From the NCBI GenBank assembly GCA_965248265.1, contig CBDFJF010000002.1, forward strand, positions 2,528,001 through 2,592,000: a stretch of DNA of 64,000 nt. The letters are read 5' to 3'. This document shows positions 19,967 to 30,700 of the stretch, piece after piece (positions within the stretch are counted from its first letter, which is position 1; each line of letters opens with the position of its first letter). The translations under genes and the position numbers were made by a program. The stretch comes from Candidatus Latescibacterota bacterium. GTDB taxonomy: Bacteria; Latescibacterota; UBA2968; UBA8231. The notes under the pieces are model-generated. The model saw only the letters and a program-made list of their open reading frames with translations. It had not been told where the DNA came from and searched no databases.

Positions 19967-21586
19967 TCAAAGTCGCTTGGTCAACTCCCGGACCTCATCC
20001 GGCTTCAGCGCTCGACGATACATCCTGACATCGCAAATCTTTCCGTGGAAGTAATCGTGCGAGCCAAACCCGATGGTGATCGGCTGATCGTTCGAAAGGT
20101 CGAAGTCTGACGGATCGAAACTCGAAGATCTGGCGACTTGCTGACCTTCGACATAAAGCTCCAGCGCGCTCCCGTTTCTGATGGCTGCGATGTGTTTCCA
20201 ACCGGATGCGAGCTCGTAATCGTGCGTCACGCTGCGACCTGGTTCCAGGGACATCACCCGACCTGCCGGCAAGGTTCCGAAGAACAGTTTTCCATCGAAA
20301 ACCGAGGTCGACCAGGCGCGGCGATACTTCACGTCCGGCGTGGTATCGAGTTGGCCTGTGCAAGTCCAGTTGTCGTCTCCGTCGTATCGATAAACCTGCG
20401 CGAGCGGCAGCGTGCCTGCGTAGAGCTTGCCGTTGTGAATCGACATGCCCATGACCTCAAGCTCGTCGCCGAGACGGCCTGTGTTCGTCCACTCTCCATT
20501 CTCTTCCAGACGAAACACGCATCCTTCCGGCCACGTGCCCACGTGTAACTTGCCACGGTACACCGCCATCGAGTAATTCTGCGTCGCTCCGGGGAGGTCC
20601 CCTAATCGACTCCAGCGCGTCCAGTCTTCGCCGCTCTCAAATCGATAGATGCCGCTGCCGTTTTCAACCGTGTTGAGGTTGCCGCGGTAGACGCCGATCG
20701 CGAACGCACGCCGACCATGGCTGCCGCAGTCGTTCCAGCCATGGTCTCCGTCGTACCGGTAAAGCCCTTTCGTGTAGAGTGGAATGGCGTAGAGATCTCC
20801 CTGGAAGACCTCCAGGCTGTGAACAGTGTCGTGTTCGTACTCAGGGAAGTCGCGCTCCCCGCCCTGAAGCTCTCCACAGTCCACCCAACCGCTATCCTCC
20901 AATCGAAAGATGCGACCGCCGATTTCCCTGTTCGGCGAGTAGGACAATGCAGAGCCTGGGCCTTTCAGCCGTCCGGTCCCGGCATAGAGCTTGCCCTGGT
21001 AGGTGGCCAGTGACATTACCGCGTTCGACGCATCCAGCGGCCCGCACTCCTCCCACTCACCGTTACCGGCATAGCGATGTACGTGTCCGGTTTCGCCTTC
21101 GCCGTCTTCGTAAGACCCGACATAGAGTGATCCATCGTGAACAGCCATCGACATGACAAACCTCGCGTTGCCTGGCTGGCCACAGTCCGTCCACTCAGGG
21201 ATCGACGTGCCATCGTCGATGCCAAACTGCACATTGCGATAGTTCGAGAGGCTGCTGGCCGCAGCCGAGTGCCTTTTCACATTGAGATTGAATCCGCGCC
21301 GATCGTCGGCATCGAAATTGCCCACGATGTCCCCTATCGGATCGTCCACGTGCTCTGTGTGAATGATCGCGCTGATGGTGAAATCACTTTCGCCGAGTTG
21401 AAGTGATTCACTTTTGGCAATCGATAGGAAAGACGAACGACCATCGAAAACTGCCGCCGTACCAACCTGTCCATCGGGCCCCGTGGCTGACAAATCCACG
21501 CCCCGATTCTCCGCATGGTTTTTATTCCCGGAGTGATCGTTGACGTCACCGGCGAGTTTCCAGTGTCCAACAAGTGTCGGTTCCAT
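19967..21586 (-). CDS. LamG-like jelly-roll protein with an inserted beta-propeller
   Basis: LVGHWKL...FTISAII at the N-terminus, WKHIAAIR...ELYVEG...FHGKICDVRMY at the C-terminus; central repeats (W.DCG, SMAVY.GKLYAGT). Confidence 0.75.
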   Translation of the reverse strand: MEPTLVGHWKLAGDVNDHSGNKNHAENRGVDLSATGPDGQVGTAAVFDGRSSFLSIAKSESLQLGESDFTISAIIHTEHVDDPIGDIVGNFDADDRRGFNLNVKRHSAAASSLSNYRNVQFGIDDGTSIPEWTDCGQPGNARFVMSMAVHDGSLYVGSYEDGEGETGHVHRYAGNGEWEECGPLDASNAVMSLATYQGKLYAGTGRLKGPGSALSYSPNREIGGRIFRLEDSGWVDCGELQGGERDFPEYEHDTVHSLEVFQGDLYAIPLYTKGLYRYDGDHGWNDCGSHGRRAFAIGVYRGNLNTVENGSGIYRFESGEDWTRWSRLGDLPGATQNYSMAVYRGKLHVGTWPEGCVFRLEENGEWTNTGRLGDELEVMGMSIHNGKLYAGTLPLAQVYRYDGDDNWTCTGQLDTTPDVKYRRAWSTSVFDGKLFFGTLPAGRVMSLEPGRSVTHDYELASGWKHIAAIRNGSALELYVEGQQVARSSSFDPSDFDLSNDQPITIGFGSHDYFHGKICDVRMYRRALKPDEVRELTKRL

Positions 21587-21594
21587 AATTGCCT

Positions 21595-21666
21595 CATTCA
21601 AAAGTTTCGGTCGGAATCGGATGGCTGTCATCAAACACAGCCATCGGTGCTGCATCCTCGACGGAT
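21595..21666 (+). repeat. Repeat A, copy 1 (72 bp, internal hairpin GATGGCTGT-N8-ACAGCCATC)
   Basis: 69/72 identical to 38899..38970 by eye alignment. Confidence 0.92.
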
Positions 21667-21733
21667 GAGAACGATAAGGGGCCATTATACATAGTCAAGA
21701 TTGCTTGGGGCTTTTGTGAAGGGGCCGGATGCG
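21661..21733 (+). repeat. Repeat B, copy 1 (begins at the shared ACGGAT core; TATAAT on the minus strand)
   Basis: Similar to 38242..38339 (gaacgata..ccattatacatagt..attgcttggggctt..ttgtga.ggggccggatgcg). Confidence 0.85.
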
Positions 21734-21996
21734 TGTTTCATGGAGCTTTCCGGGCATGGCAAACTTGGATTCAGGAATGAGATAGTTTGGGCGGTTTTGC
21801 AGACCTCACGAACGAATCAGGCCGCGAATGCTGCAAGCAGCTGACGCTGGAAGTGGTAAGGGTTCGAACTCGGACTGCGGGGCAAACCGACGCCCTCAAG
21901 GTAGAACTGGTGGGAGGTTTGAACAGCCACAAGCTCTGAGTTCAGCCGCCCAGTGGTGCTTGCCCGGGCCAGGTCGCCAATCGCGGCTGGATCACC

Positions 21997-22015
21997 CCGC
22001 CGCTGAGCGGCGGCG
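21997..22015 (-). terminator. GC hairpin after susD-like gene (possible terminator)
   Basis: CCGCCGC-TGA-GCGGCGG about 10 nt past the stop codon; no clear U-tract. Confidence 0.4.
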
Positions 22016-22023
22016 GGTCAGAA

Positions 22024-23388
22024 TCAGTAGTTGTCTCCCGGATCATTGTCGTTCCTCGCGGGCTGGTCGCTCGGAACCGGGATGTTCGAGTTGGCGTTGC
22101 GCTCGTCCTCACTGTAATAAAGCCGTCTGGGAATATTCGAGGTGTTTGCCAGTGCCGGTCGATTGGTGCGCTTCCAGTCGTTCCACACCTCGATGTTGAG
22201 GAAGAGCGCGATGTATTTCTCTTCCATAATGGCGTTGATCAGCGCCTCCCCCGACAGCCCAGACGCAACGCCAAGAGATCCGTCGTCCAGACTCCACCTC
22301 ATCTCCAACCCTCGGCGCACCTCGTTCAGTTTTTCCAGGGCCGTGGCCTCGTCCCCGGTCTTGTAGGCGCATTCAGCCCAGATCAGTTGGGTTTCCTCCC
22401 AGGTGAGGATGTCGCTGGAGGCGTCCGGCGACAGGAAACCGGCGCTCAGGTTGGAGACATCGGTATTGCCGTCGCCAGGATCGACGCCGCTGTAGTCGCC
22501 CGACGCATCCGTGCCGAAGTAGAGCGCCAGGCGCGGGTCATCGCGCGATTGCAGCAGATCGACCATGAACTTGCCGGCCCGCTGGTAGGAGTCCCGCTCC
22601 CGCTGGAACTGGTACCACGTGTTCGCCTCCACCTCCACCGTAGTGTGGTAACTCTTGAAGTCCCCGCTAGAAGACGAGATCCCCAACTGAGCCTGTTGCA
22701 GGGCCCTGTCGTAGTTCCCCGCATCGACCTCCGCCCAGTGCATATAGAGGCGCGCCTTCAAGGAGTGGGCCGCCTCGATCCACAACTGGTTGTCCCCACC
22801 GTAGACCAGGTCGTTGGGCGGGAGCGACCCGGCATCGCTCTCCAGATCGGCGATGGCCGCGTCCAGGAGACTCTGCAGGGTGTTATAGATATCCCACTGC
22901 TCGTCCAGCCTCGGCTCGGCGACGTCACCAAGCGCTTCGGAATAGGGCAGATCCCCCCAGATGCTGGCGGCCGTGCCCACGCTCAGGGCCTCCCAGACCT
23001 TGGCGATGCCAGCGTACACCCGGTTGCCTTGCTCCTCGTTCTTGGCGATGATCCTGCGAATGTCGATCAGTCCGCCGCCGACGTAGACGTCGTTCATCTC
23101 GCCGTCGTGGTCGGCCTCGGTGAAAGAAAAGGTGCCCAGTGACCGGAACTGAAGGTCGGTGCCAGCCATCTGCTGCGTCCAGATTGCGGCGGTGCGGGCC
23201 AGGTGTCCCTCCTGCATGAAAAATCCCGAAATCTGAATCGAGTTGAACATCAGGTCGGCGGACACCTCGGTGGCCCGGTTGGGGTCGTCTTCGACCTTCG
23301 AGCCCGTGATGAAATCACCGCAGCCGATCACCCACGTGCAAGCGGAGATAATCCCGAGGGATAGCGCTGTCTTCGTTGCCTTGTACAT
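22024..23388 (-). CDS. SusD/RagB family outer-membrane lipoprotein
   Basis: Lipobox VIGC, WGDLPYSEA, LKARLYMH, EKYIALF, WNDWKRT, PRRLYY. True start is ATG 23388 after GGGAGG; the ORF-track extension is spurious. Confidence 0.92.
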   Translation of the reverse strand: MYKATKTALSLGIISACTWVIGCGDFITGSKVEDDPNRATEVSADLMFNSIQISGFFMQEGHLARTAAIWTQQMAGTDLQFRSLGTFSFTEADHDGEMNDVYVGGGLIDIRRIIAKNEEQGNRVYAGIAKVWEALSVGTAASIWGDLPYSEALGDVAEPRLDEQWDIYNTLQSLLDAAIADLESDAGSLPPNDLVYGGDNQLWIEAAHSLKARLYMHWAEVDAGNYDRALQQAQLGISSSSGDFKSYHTTVEVEANTWYQFQRERDSYQRAGKFMVDLLQSRDDPRLALYFGTDASGDYSGVDPGDGNTDVSNLSAGFLSPDASSDILTWEETQLIWAECAYKTGDEATALEKLNEVRRGLEMRWSLDDGSLGVASGLSGEALINAIMEEKYIALFLNIEVWNDWKRTNRPALANTSNIPRRLYYSEDERNANSNIPVPSDQPARNDNDPGDNY

Positions 23389-23405
23389 GGCTTTTCCCCC
23401 CTCCC

Positions 23406-26400
23406 TTAGTAGTCGAGCCGCAGCGTCATGACGTACGACCGCGTGTTCGGATTGTTGAAGTAGTCCAAACCGCGCAAGTTGCTCGCGCCGGTCAGGTTGG
23501 TCTCGGGATCGATCCCCCTGTAGTCCGTCCAGGTCGCGAGGTTGCGGGCGCTGAGGCGGAGGTTGAGGTTGGTCAACCCGAGTTGCTGCACGAAATCCCC
23601 CCGGAAGTCGTAAGCCACGGCGATCTCGCGCAGCTTGATGTACCCGCCGTCCTCGACGAACTGAGACGCCGGGCCCGAAAGGCCGCTGCCCAGGTTTTCG
23701 AGATGCCAGGCCTGACCCTTGGCCACTTCCGTACCCGCACCTGGGCCCTGGCCCTCGAACACCTGGGTTCCGTCGCGATCCTCGGTGTCCTTGTGTGTGC
23801 CGAAAAAGTAGAGGGCCCCCCTGGTTCCGTTCCACACCTCCCCCCCGCTCCTGATGTCGAACAGCCCGGAGACCTCCAGGTTGTTGAATAGGGTGACGGT
23901 GTTGCGGATGCTGCCGGTCCAGTCGGGATTGGGATCACCGATGATGCGGATCTCCGGATCGAGGAGCGGGTATCCATCAGCCGCGATATAGAGATCGCCG
24001 GAGTTCCAGCCCGTGTACCTCTCATCGATGTTCACGTTCTGGGTCTCGCCATCGACCTCTTCGTCGATCTTGATGCCGCGCCCGAAGCGGATGAAGTCCT
24101 CGCCGCGGAAGACGCCCACAGGCTCTCCCTCGATGGCATTGCCAGTGGCGCTGACCAAGCCGCCCAGGTTGACGAATTCGGCCCCTGGCAGGTCGGTCAC
24201 CTCGTTCCGGTTGCGCGCGTAGACCGCGTTAACCGACCACTTGATGTCCTTGGTGCTCACCGGCTGGCCGTAGATACCGAGCTCGACTCCCTTGTTGGTG
24301 ATGGTGCCCGCGTTCTTGATCTGCTCGAAGAAGCCGGTGGACGGCGGCAGTGACAGCGGGAAGATCACGTCCTCGGTCTTCTGGTCGTAGTAGGTCAGGT
24401 CGAAGCCCAGACGGTTGCCGAGCAGGCCGAGGTCGGTGCCCAGCTCCAGCTCTCTGGCGCGCTCGGGCTTGATCTTCTCCTGGCCCTTCGTGTCGTCGGT
24501 GAAAAACCCGCCCTGACCGAAGGCGGTCGAGTTGTGGACGACCCCCCAGCCCTGCTCGAAGATGTCGGTCTCAAAGGCCGTGATCGTCGAGTAGGCATTC
24601 GGCTCGCGGCCGGTCACGCCGTAGGCAGCGCGGAGCTTGCCGAAGGCTATGAGGTTCTGGTTCTGCAGCGCGTGCAGATTGGTGAAATCCCAGGCCGTAC
24701 TGAACTTGGGATACCAGTGACGTTTGCGCCCCTCGCTGAAGATCGATGAGCCGTCGTTGCGCACGCCTACCGTTAGGTAGAGCTGGTCCCACACGTCGAC
24801 CAGCGCCTGGGCGAAGTACCCCTCGGTGCGGATGATCTCTTCGTACTCCTGCGGGGTGTACGAGGAGGTGTTTGACAGCTGTTCGAAGCCGTCCACCGAG
24901 ATGCCGTTTCCTGTCGTGGAAAACTCGTTGTACTCCCGCTGGTTCAGGTTCTGGCCGACCATCAGATCCACTCTCATGTCCGCGGGCGCGAAAGCCCGCG
25001 TGGCGGTGATTGCCAGGTTCGCGTCGGCCTCGGTGGTGGTGTACTTGTCGCGGATAATCTTGCCCTGAGGCGAGTCGGAGTTGCCCAGAGGAAGCACCGT
25101 CCGCCGCTCGTCGTTGGCGTAGTCGTAGCCCAGGGTGTACCTGACGTTGAGCCAGTTGAGCGGATTGTAGTCCAGGTTCAGGTTGCCGAAGAAGCGACCC
25201 ACATCACTGATGTTGGTGTGCTCGTTGACGATGAAGAACGGGTTGTCGTACCCGCGCGAGCCCGCCAGCGACTCCGGGTTCGGATTGCGATAGGAGCGGT
25301 GGAAGCCGGTCTCCGGATCGAGATATGGCCGGTTATTGAAGTCCGGCGGTGTCCGGTAAGCGCCCAGCAGCAGGCCGCCGACGTTGGAGCCCTTCTGGAT
25401 GCGGTTGGACGAAGTGGAGGAGAAGGCCGCGTTCCCGGTGACGCTCAGCCGCCCGTTGATGCGCTGAGAAGCCTTGAGCCGGACCGCGTCGCGCAGGTAA
25501 TTCGAGTTGCCCTTGATCGCGCCGTCGTGATCGGTGCGGCCGACGGACACGAAGTATGTCGTCATGTCATTGCCGCCCGATACGGTCAGGTTGTTCTCTA
25601 CCCGGTTCCCGGTCTCGAACATCTCCCAGGCGTGGTCGTAGGTCGGTACGTCCAGAGTGTCGAGGCGGGGCCCCCAGGTCAGAGCGAACCCCTCGATCGC
25701 GCTGCCGTCGATGCCCTGGCCATAGCTGCGCTGCAGCGCAGCGCTCTCGTTTACCTCGTCGAAGCTGTAGGACATCTTGTAAGACACCCTCGGCCTTCCG
25801 GGCTGCCCCTGCTTGGTGGTGATGAGCACCACTCCGTTGGCCGCTCGGGAGCCGTACATGGCCGCCGCCGCCCCCCCCTTGAGGATCTCTACGGACTCGA
25901 TGTCCTCAGGGTTGATGTCGGCGGCCCGGTTCTGTTGAGTGACCCCGGCCACGGCGTCGCCGAGCGACGTGTTGGCCTCGTGGATGGACTGGTTGTTGAT
26001 CGGCGAGCCGTCGACGACGAACAAGGGCTGCGTGCCGCCCATGATGGAGTTGACCCCGCGGATGCGGATGTAGGATGCCGCACCCGGCTCGCCACTCGTC
26101 TTGGTGATCTCCACATTGGGCACCTTGCCAGACAGGGCGGTGACCACGTCCGCCTCATCGCTGTCGACGATCACCTTGGGTGCGACCTTGTTGATTGTGA
26201 CGCCCAGCCTTTCCCTGCTCCTCCCCACGCCGAGTGCGGTGACCACTATCTCTTCCATGTACAACACATCGATGCCGAGGACGAAGTCCGTCTTGTTGGT
26301 TCCGGCCTTCGGCACGAGTGCCGCCGTCTGGGCGCTGTGGCCGACGTAGCTGGCCTTCAAGGTGACCTCTTTACCCAAGAGGTCCCTTCCCACGGCGAAC

Positions 26401-26594
26401 CGATAGAGCCCCTCGTCGTCCGTGATGGATCCGAGGGGATTGTCGACGATGCCGACGCTTGCCCCGCCCAGTGGAGCTCCGGTCTCGTCGGTCACAGTGC
26501 CCGTGATGACGACATCGCTCAACGCGGCTGCCCAGGTCGACATCAACACCAAGACGAAGACTAGAACCGGCAGCAAGAATGTGCGGTCTCTCAT
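23406..26594 (-). CDS. SusC/RagA family TonB-dependent outer-membrane transporter
   Basis: Signal peptide, CarboxypepD_reg-like domain, EEIVVTALG, plug DINPEDIESVEILKG..AAMYGSRAANGVVLITTK, GDPNPDW, terminal aromatic residue; ATG 26594. Confidence 0.95.
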   Translation of the reverse strand: MRDRTFLLPVLVFVLVLMSTWAAALSDVVITGTVTDETGAPLGGASVGIVDNPLGSITDDEGLYRFAVGRDLLGKEVTLKASYVGHSAQTAALVPKAGTNKTDFVLGIDVLYMEEIVVTALGVGRSRERLGVTINKVAPKVIVDSDEADVVTALSGKVPNVEITKTSGEPGAASYIRIRGVNSIMGGTQPLFVVDGSPINNQSIHEANTSLGDAVAGVTQQNRAADINPEDIESVEILKGGAAAAMYGSRAANGVVLITTKQGQPGRPRVSYKMSYSFDEVNESAALQRSYGQGIDGSAIEGFALTWGPRLDTLDVPTYDHAWEMFETGNRVENNLTVSGGNDMTTYFVSVGRTDHDGAIKGNSNYLRDAVRLKASQRINGRLSVTGNAAFSSTSSNRIQKGSNVGGLLLGAYRTPPDFNNRPYLDPETGFHRSYRNPNPESLAGSRGYDNPFFIVNEHTNISDVGRFFGNLNLDYNPLNWLNVRYTLGYDYANDERRTVLPLGNSDSPQGKIIRDKYTTTEADANLAITATRAFAPADMRVDLMVGQNLNQREYNEFSTTGNGISVDGFEQLSNTSSYTPQEYEEIIRTEGYFAQALVDVWDQLYLTVGVRNDGSSIFSEGRKRHWYPKFSTAWDFTNLHALQNQNLIAFGKLRAAYGVTGREPNAYSTITAFETDIFEQGWGVVHNSTAFGQGGFFTDDTKGQEKIKPERARELELGTDLGLLGNRLGFDLTYYDQKTEDVIFPLSLPPSTGFFEQIKNAGTITNKGVELGIYGQPVSTKDIKWSVNAVYARNRNEVTDLPGAEFVNLGGLVSATGNAIEGEPVGVFRGEDFIRFGRGIKIDEEVDGETQNVNIDERYTGWNSGDLYIAADGYPLLDPEIRIIGDPNPDWTGSIRNTVTLFNNLEVSGLFDIRSGGEVWNGTRGALYFFGTHKDTEDRDGTQVFEGQGPGAGTEVAKGQAWHLENLGSGLSGPASQFVEDGGYIKLREIAVAYDFRGDFVQQLGLTNLNLRLSARNLATWTDYRGIDPETNLTGASNLRGLDYFNNPNTRSYVMTLRLDY

Positions 26595-26768
26595 GCTTTC
26601 CCCCTCCCGTGCGTGCAACCCCAAGGGCCTCCCCGATGCCAGTCCTCGGTTCAGTGCCGTCTGCATGGCGATATTGGAGACCAGTGCCCGCGCATCACCG
26701 ACGAACGGTGAGTGCAGCAGAGACGTCCCCCTGGTTATCGAAACTTACAGATATTACCTGTAGAGGTC

Positions 26769-26796
26769 AGCATATATTATGCTCATTATCATTTGC
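26769..26796 (-). promoter_or_regulatory. AT-rich operator-like region upstream of susC (palindrome AGCATA-TAT-TATGCT overlapping a Fur-box-like sequence)
   Basis: Minus-strand GCAAATGATAATGAGCATA matches 13/19 of GATAATGATAATCATTATC. Confidence 0.4.
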
Positions 26797-26978
26797 TTGT
26801 CTGGTCACGGGTTTCAGGCTTTTTTTTTATGCTGCCGACTTTCACAGATACGCCCCGGACACGCAGGCGATCGTGAATCTGGGGGCCAGTGGTATGCACA
26901 GCTGCATCGGTGAAGCGGATCGGGGTCGAATGGGCGTCTACTCGAAACCGGCACGGGCCGCTAAAGTCGGTTGATCTC

Positions 26979-27728
26979 TCAGTGGATTCTGACGACGACT
27001 GCGGTCAAGTTGTCCGCGTTCCCGCCGCGCTCACTGCGCGCAGCATCCACGAGACGGCGCGCCAGGTCAGCGGAGGGCAGATCGAGGGACAGCAACTCGC
27101 CGATGCGCTTGTGGCCGAGAGGGTCGTGCAAGCCATCGGAGCTGATCATCAGGCGATCTGCTGGGAGGAGATCATGCGTGCCGAGTTGCGGTTGCACACG
27201 TCGGACCGTTCCAAGAAACCTGACCAGCACACTGCTGTCGGTCGAGCGCGCTGCGGATTCAGTGGGCAGCAGGCCGAGGGAGACCTTCTGTTGGGAGCGG
27301 GTATGGTCCAGGGTCAGCTGCTCGAGAGTACCCTGGCGCCAACGATAGAGCCGGGTGTCACCCACATGAGCGAAGGAGACGCTTCCCTCGGAAAGAACGG
27401 CAACGGTGAGCGTCGTGCCCATTCCGAGCAGTTCCGGCTCCTGGCGTGAAGCCTGTGCGATGAACTGGTTTGCCCGTTCGCAAAGATTGTCCAAGTCACG
27501 GACGAGATCCTCAGCATCGCGGTGGGCGACAAGATCCTCGCAGACCATGCTCACGGTCTCCACGGCGATCTGACTGGCGACTCCGCCGCCTCTGGCACCG
27601 CCCATGCCGTCAGCCACCGCACAAACACGACCACCCGCGGTGTTGACGGCACGATCTTCGTTGGATTCCCGATCGCCGCGATGGGTGCACGTCCCGGCAT
27701 CCAGTGGGGACGACTGCGGATCGCTCAC
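26979..27728 (-). CDS. PP2C/Stp1-type Ser/Thr protein phosphatase
   Basis: RESNED, VADGMGG, AHVGDTRLY, SSDGL, ADNLT. Confidence 0.93.
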   Translation of the reverse strand: MSDPQSSPLDAGTCTHRGDRESNEDRAVNTAGGRVCAVADGMGGARGGGVASQIAVETVSMVCEDLVAHRDAEDLVRDLDNLCERANQFIAQASRQEPELLGMGTTLTVAVLSEGSVSFAHVGDTRLYRWRQGTLEQLTLDHTRSQQKVSLGLLPTESAARSTDSSVLVRFLGTVRRVQPQLGTHDLLPADRLMISSDGLHDPLGHKRIGELLSLDLPSADLARRLVDAARSERGGNADNLTAVVVRIH

Positions 27729-27741
27729 GGCAGGGCCGGCG

Positions 27742-30700
27742 CTACGCCGATTTGGCCACTGGTTCCAGCTCGGCGATGACCGTGCGGACGTGGTCGAGAT
27801 CGAGCGTCGCTTCGGCGCCCTCGAATATCTGTTCGGCCTTGCGCAATGGTTCCAGAGCGGCGTCGCTGTGGCCCGAATCGCGCTCCAACAGACCCAACTC
27901 GAACAGTGCTTCGGCCAGGCTCACAGATTCGCCAAACTGCCTGTTCATGTCGATGCTTTTCGCCAGGTACGTGCGTCCGTCGGCCCAATTGCGCTCGAGG
28001 CGGCAAAGGCGGCCGTAGAGGCGGAGTGCATCGGCGACTCCGAGTGAATCCTCGAGCCGGCGCAGACCCCGAAGCGCCGTTCCGCAAGCCATGCGGGCCT
28101 CGACGAGGTTGCCTTTGCCCAGAAGGGCTTCGGTGCGGTTCAACTCGATCGTAGGTTCGTGAAAAGCGAATCGAGCTGAGCGGCACAAGCTCAGACTGCG
28201 CTCGTACAATTCCAGCGCGTCGTCCCATCGCCGCTGGTCGGCCCGCAGCATACCCATGTTGTAATAGGTCAATGCGGTCTGTGGCGAAGGCTCCAGCTGT
28301 TCGTCCAGGGCGAGGACCCTTTCATACTGGTCCCAGGCGGCTTCGAGGTCCCCCCTCATAGTGGCTACGACGGCGAGATTGTTGAGGGCTTCCGACATCT
28401 CGCGCGGACCGTCTGCCGCGGCCAGTTCGACGGTTTCCCGCCAGCGGGACTCGGCCTCGTTGTAGCGCCCGCACTCGAAGTCGGCAACGCCCCAGTTGAT
28501 CAGGATCCTGGCGCGCGCCAGTGGTGCGTCCAGCCCCTCGAGGCAGCGTATTGCCTTCTCGTATCCCTGAACGGCCTGTGGGAATCTCCTCTGGTGCTCG
28601 TCCACCTTGCCCGTGAGCTTGAGGGCTTCGGCTTCGTCCAGAGGGCGTCCGGCGCGATGGGCCTCCGCGCGCATGCGCTCGCAGTGCTCGCGCGCCCGGT
28701 CATGAGCAGCCAGATAGACGTTGGCGAGAGCGCTTCGCTTCAGAGCGTGGATGAGCGCGTCGGTCGTTCCGTCCGCGATACTCTCGCAGGCCTCTATGAC
28801 CTGGGCGAAGTAGGCGCTGGCCTTGCGCCAGCTGAACAGCTCGAAGGCTTCGTCCCCGGCGGTGGTCAGGTAGGGGATGGCACGAGCAAAATCACCGGCG
28901 CCGTGGAGGTGTGTGCCAAGCTCGGCTGCGGCTATGTCGGTACCCTGAGACGAGCGCTCTTCGAGGTACGATCCGACCACGCGGTGGTATTCGCGTTTCA
29001 ACTCCCACGGAATGTCTTCGTAGAGCACCTCACGTATCATCGAGTGGCTGAATTCGAATCCGTCTTTGACGGACACGATGAGCTGGCCCTTTTTCTCCAG
29101 TCTGAAAAGCGACTTCAACGCATCCATTCTCGAGAGGCCGCCCGCCTCTTCCACAATGCTGGAGGTGAAGCGGTGGCCAACGACGGCGGCGAGCTGGATT
29201 ACCTCGAACTCGCGCCCCTCCAGCAGATCGACTCGACGGCGCACCAGTGCCCTGACCCGGTCAGGTACGGCGATCTCGCCGAGCTCTGCGCGAACCGTCC
29301 AGGCACCGCCGTCGTAGCGCAGCAGTTCCTGGTCGCGCAGCAGCTTGAGGATCTCGACCGCGACAAGCGGATTGCCCTGCGCATGCTCGAACAGGAAATC
29401 CACGAAGTCGCTGCTATAATCCGATTCGTAGAACAAGGAGCCCACGAGACGGTTCGTGTCCTGCCAGGACAATCGGCGCAGGTGCCGTTCGACCAGCACG
29501 CCCTCAGCGTCAAGTTGCTTGATGAGACTCGACAGAGGCCCTTCGCTCACCTCTGCCGTCAGCTCCTCTGGGCGATACGTGACGACACACAGCACCTGGC
29601 ATTCGGAGATACGTCGCACGAGATAGTGCAACAGCTGCAGAGACCCCTCATCGGCCCAGTGCACGTCTTCGAGGCAGAGGACCAGGGGCTTCAACTCGGA
29701 CGCGGCAGCAAAGAGCTCGAACACGGTATCGAACAGACGCTGCCGCCCCGCATCAGCATCCGAATCGGAGCCGAAAGCAGCCGCGAAACTGGCCCGCACC
29801 TTGGCGGTCGTGCTCGAGCTGGTGGCGAGATCGACGAGCTCCGGAGCCTTCTCCCGCAGTATCTTCTCCAGCGCGCTTCGCTCGGATTCGGAGGCGTCGT
29901 CCCGCTCACCAAACAGGTTGCTGACGGCGTCGAGGAAAGGCATGAATGGACCGAGTCCGTGTTCGTAAAAGCACGCGCCCTGCACGAAGCGACCACCGTG
30001 CTCGGTGGCGTAGCTGGCTAGCTGCCCGACGAGACGACTCTTGCCGATTCCAGCCTCGCCCGCCAGGAAAACCATCCGACCGCCGTCTGACAGCGCGTCG
30101 AAATCGGCCCGCAACGCATCGAGCTCGCTTCGACGTCCAGTGAAACGCGGCTGGAAATCGCGATTGCGCAGACCGTAGTCCTCCTGCTCACCGTCATACG
30201 GCCGCGGCTCCAGGCCGGAGATCTCGCCCAGCTCCAAACGCCGTTGGATATCGAGAAGGGCGGCGATGGCGTCGCCTGCCGCGGCGAAACGATGTTCGGG
30301 TAGCTTCTCCAGCAGCCGCAGGACCAACCGGTCCAGCGCCGTCGGAATGGCCGGATTGTGGAACGACGGCGCCAGCGGCTCTTCGTTGAGCTGGTGGTAG
30401 ACCAGAGTAGCCGGCGAGTCACCGGACACCGGCTGCGTTCCCGTCAGCATCTCGTAAAGGACGACGCCGACCGCGTAGAGATCGACGGCAGGCCCGATGT
30501 CCTCACCGAGAATCTGCTCAGGGGCCATGTATTCGACCGTCCCGAGTATCTCATCGGCGCGCGTCAGGAAGGCGCCGTCCTGAAGCCTGGCGACGCCAAA
30601 GTCGAGGACCTTTACCACGCCTTCGTCCTTCAACAAGACGTTGTCGGGCTTGATGTCACGGTGGATGATCGAGCTCTCGTGGGCGACTCGGGCGGCATCC

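Noticed and set aside
21855-21875. GGGTTCGAACTC resembling a tRNA T-loop near the possible island edge
   Set aside because: No T-stem, acceptor stem or cloverleaf can be built around it.
23389-23835. N-terminal extension of the SusD ORF
   Set aside because: It overlaps susC out of frame; the RBS and lipoprotein signal start at 23388.
26627-26642. TGGCAT-N5-AGGC upstream of susC as a sigma54 promoter
   Set aside because: The -12 element lacks TT and there is no supporting enhancer; likely chance in GC-rich DNA.
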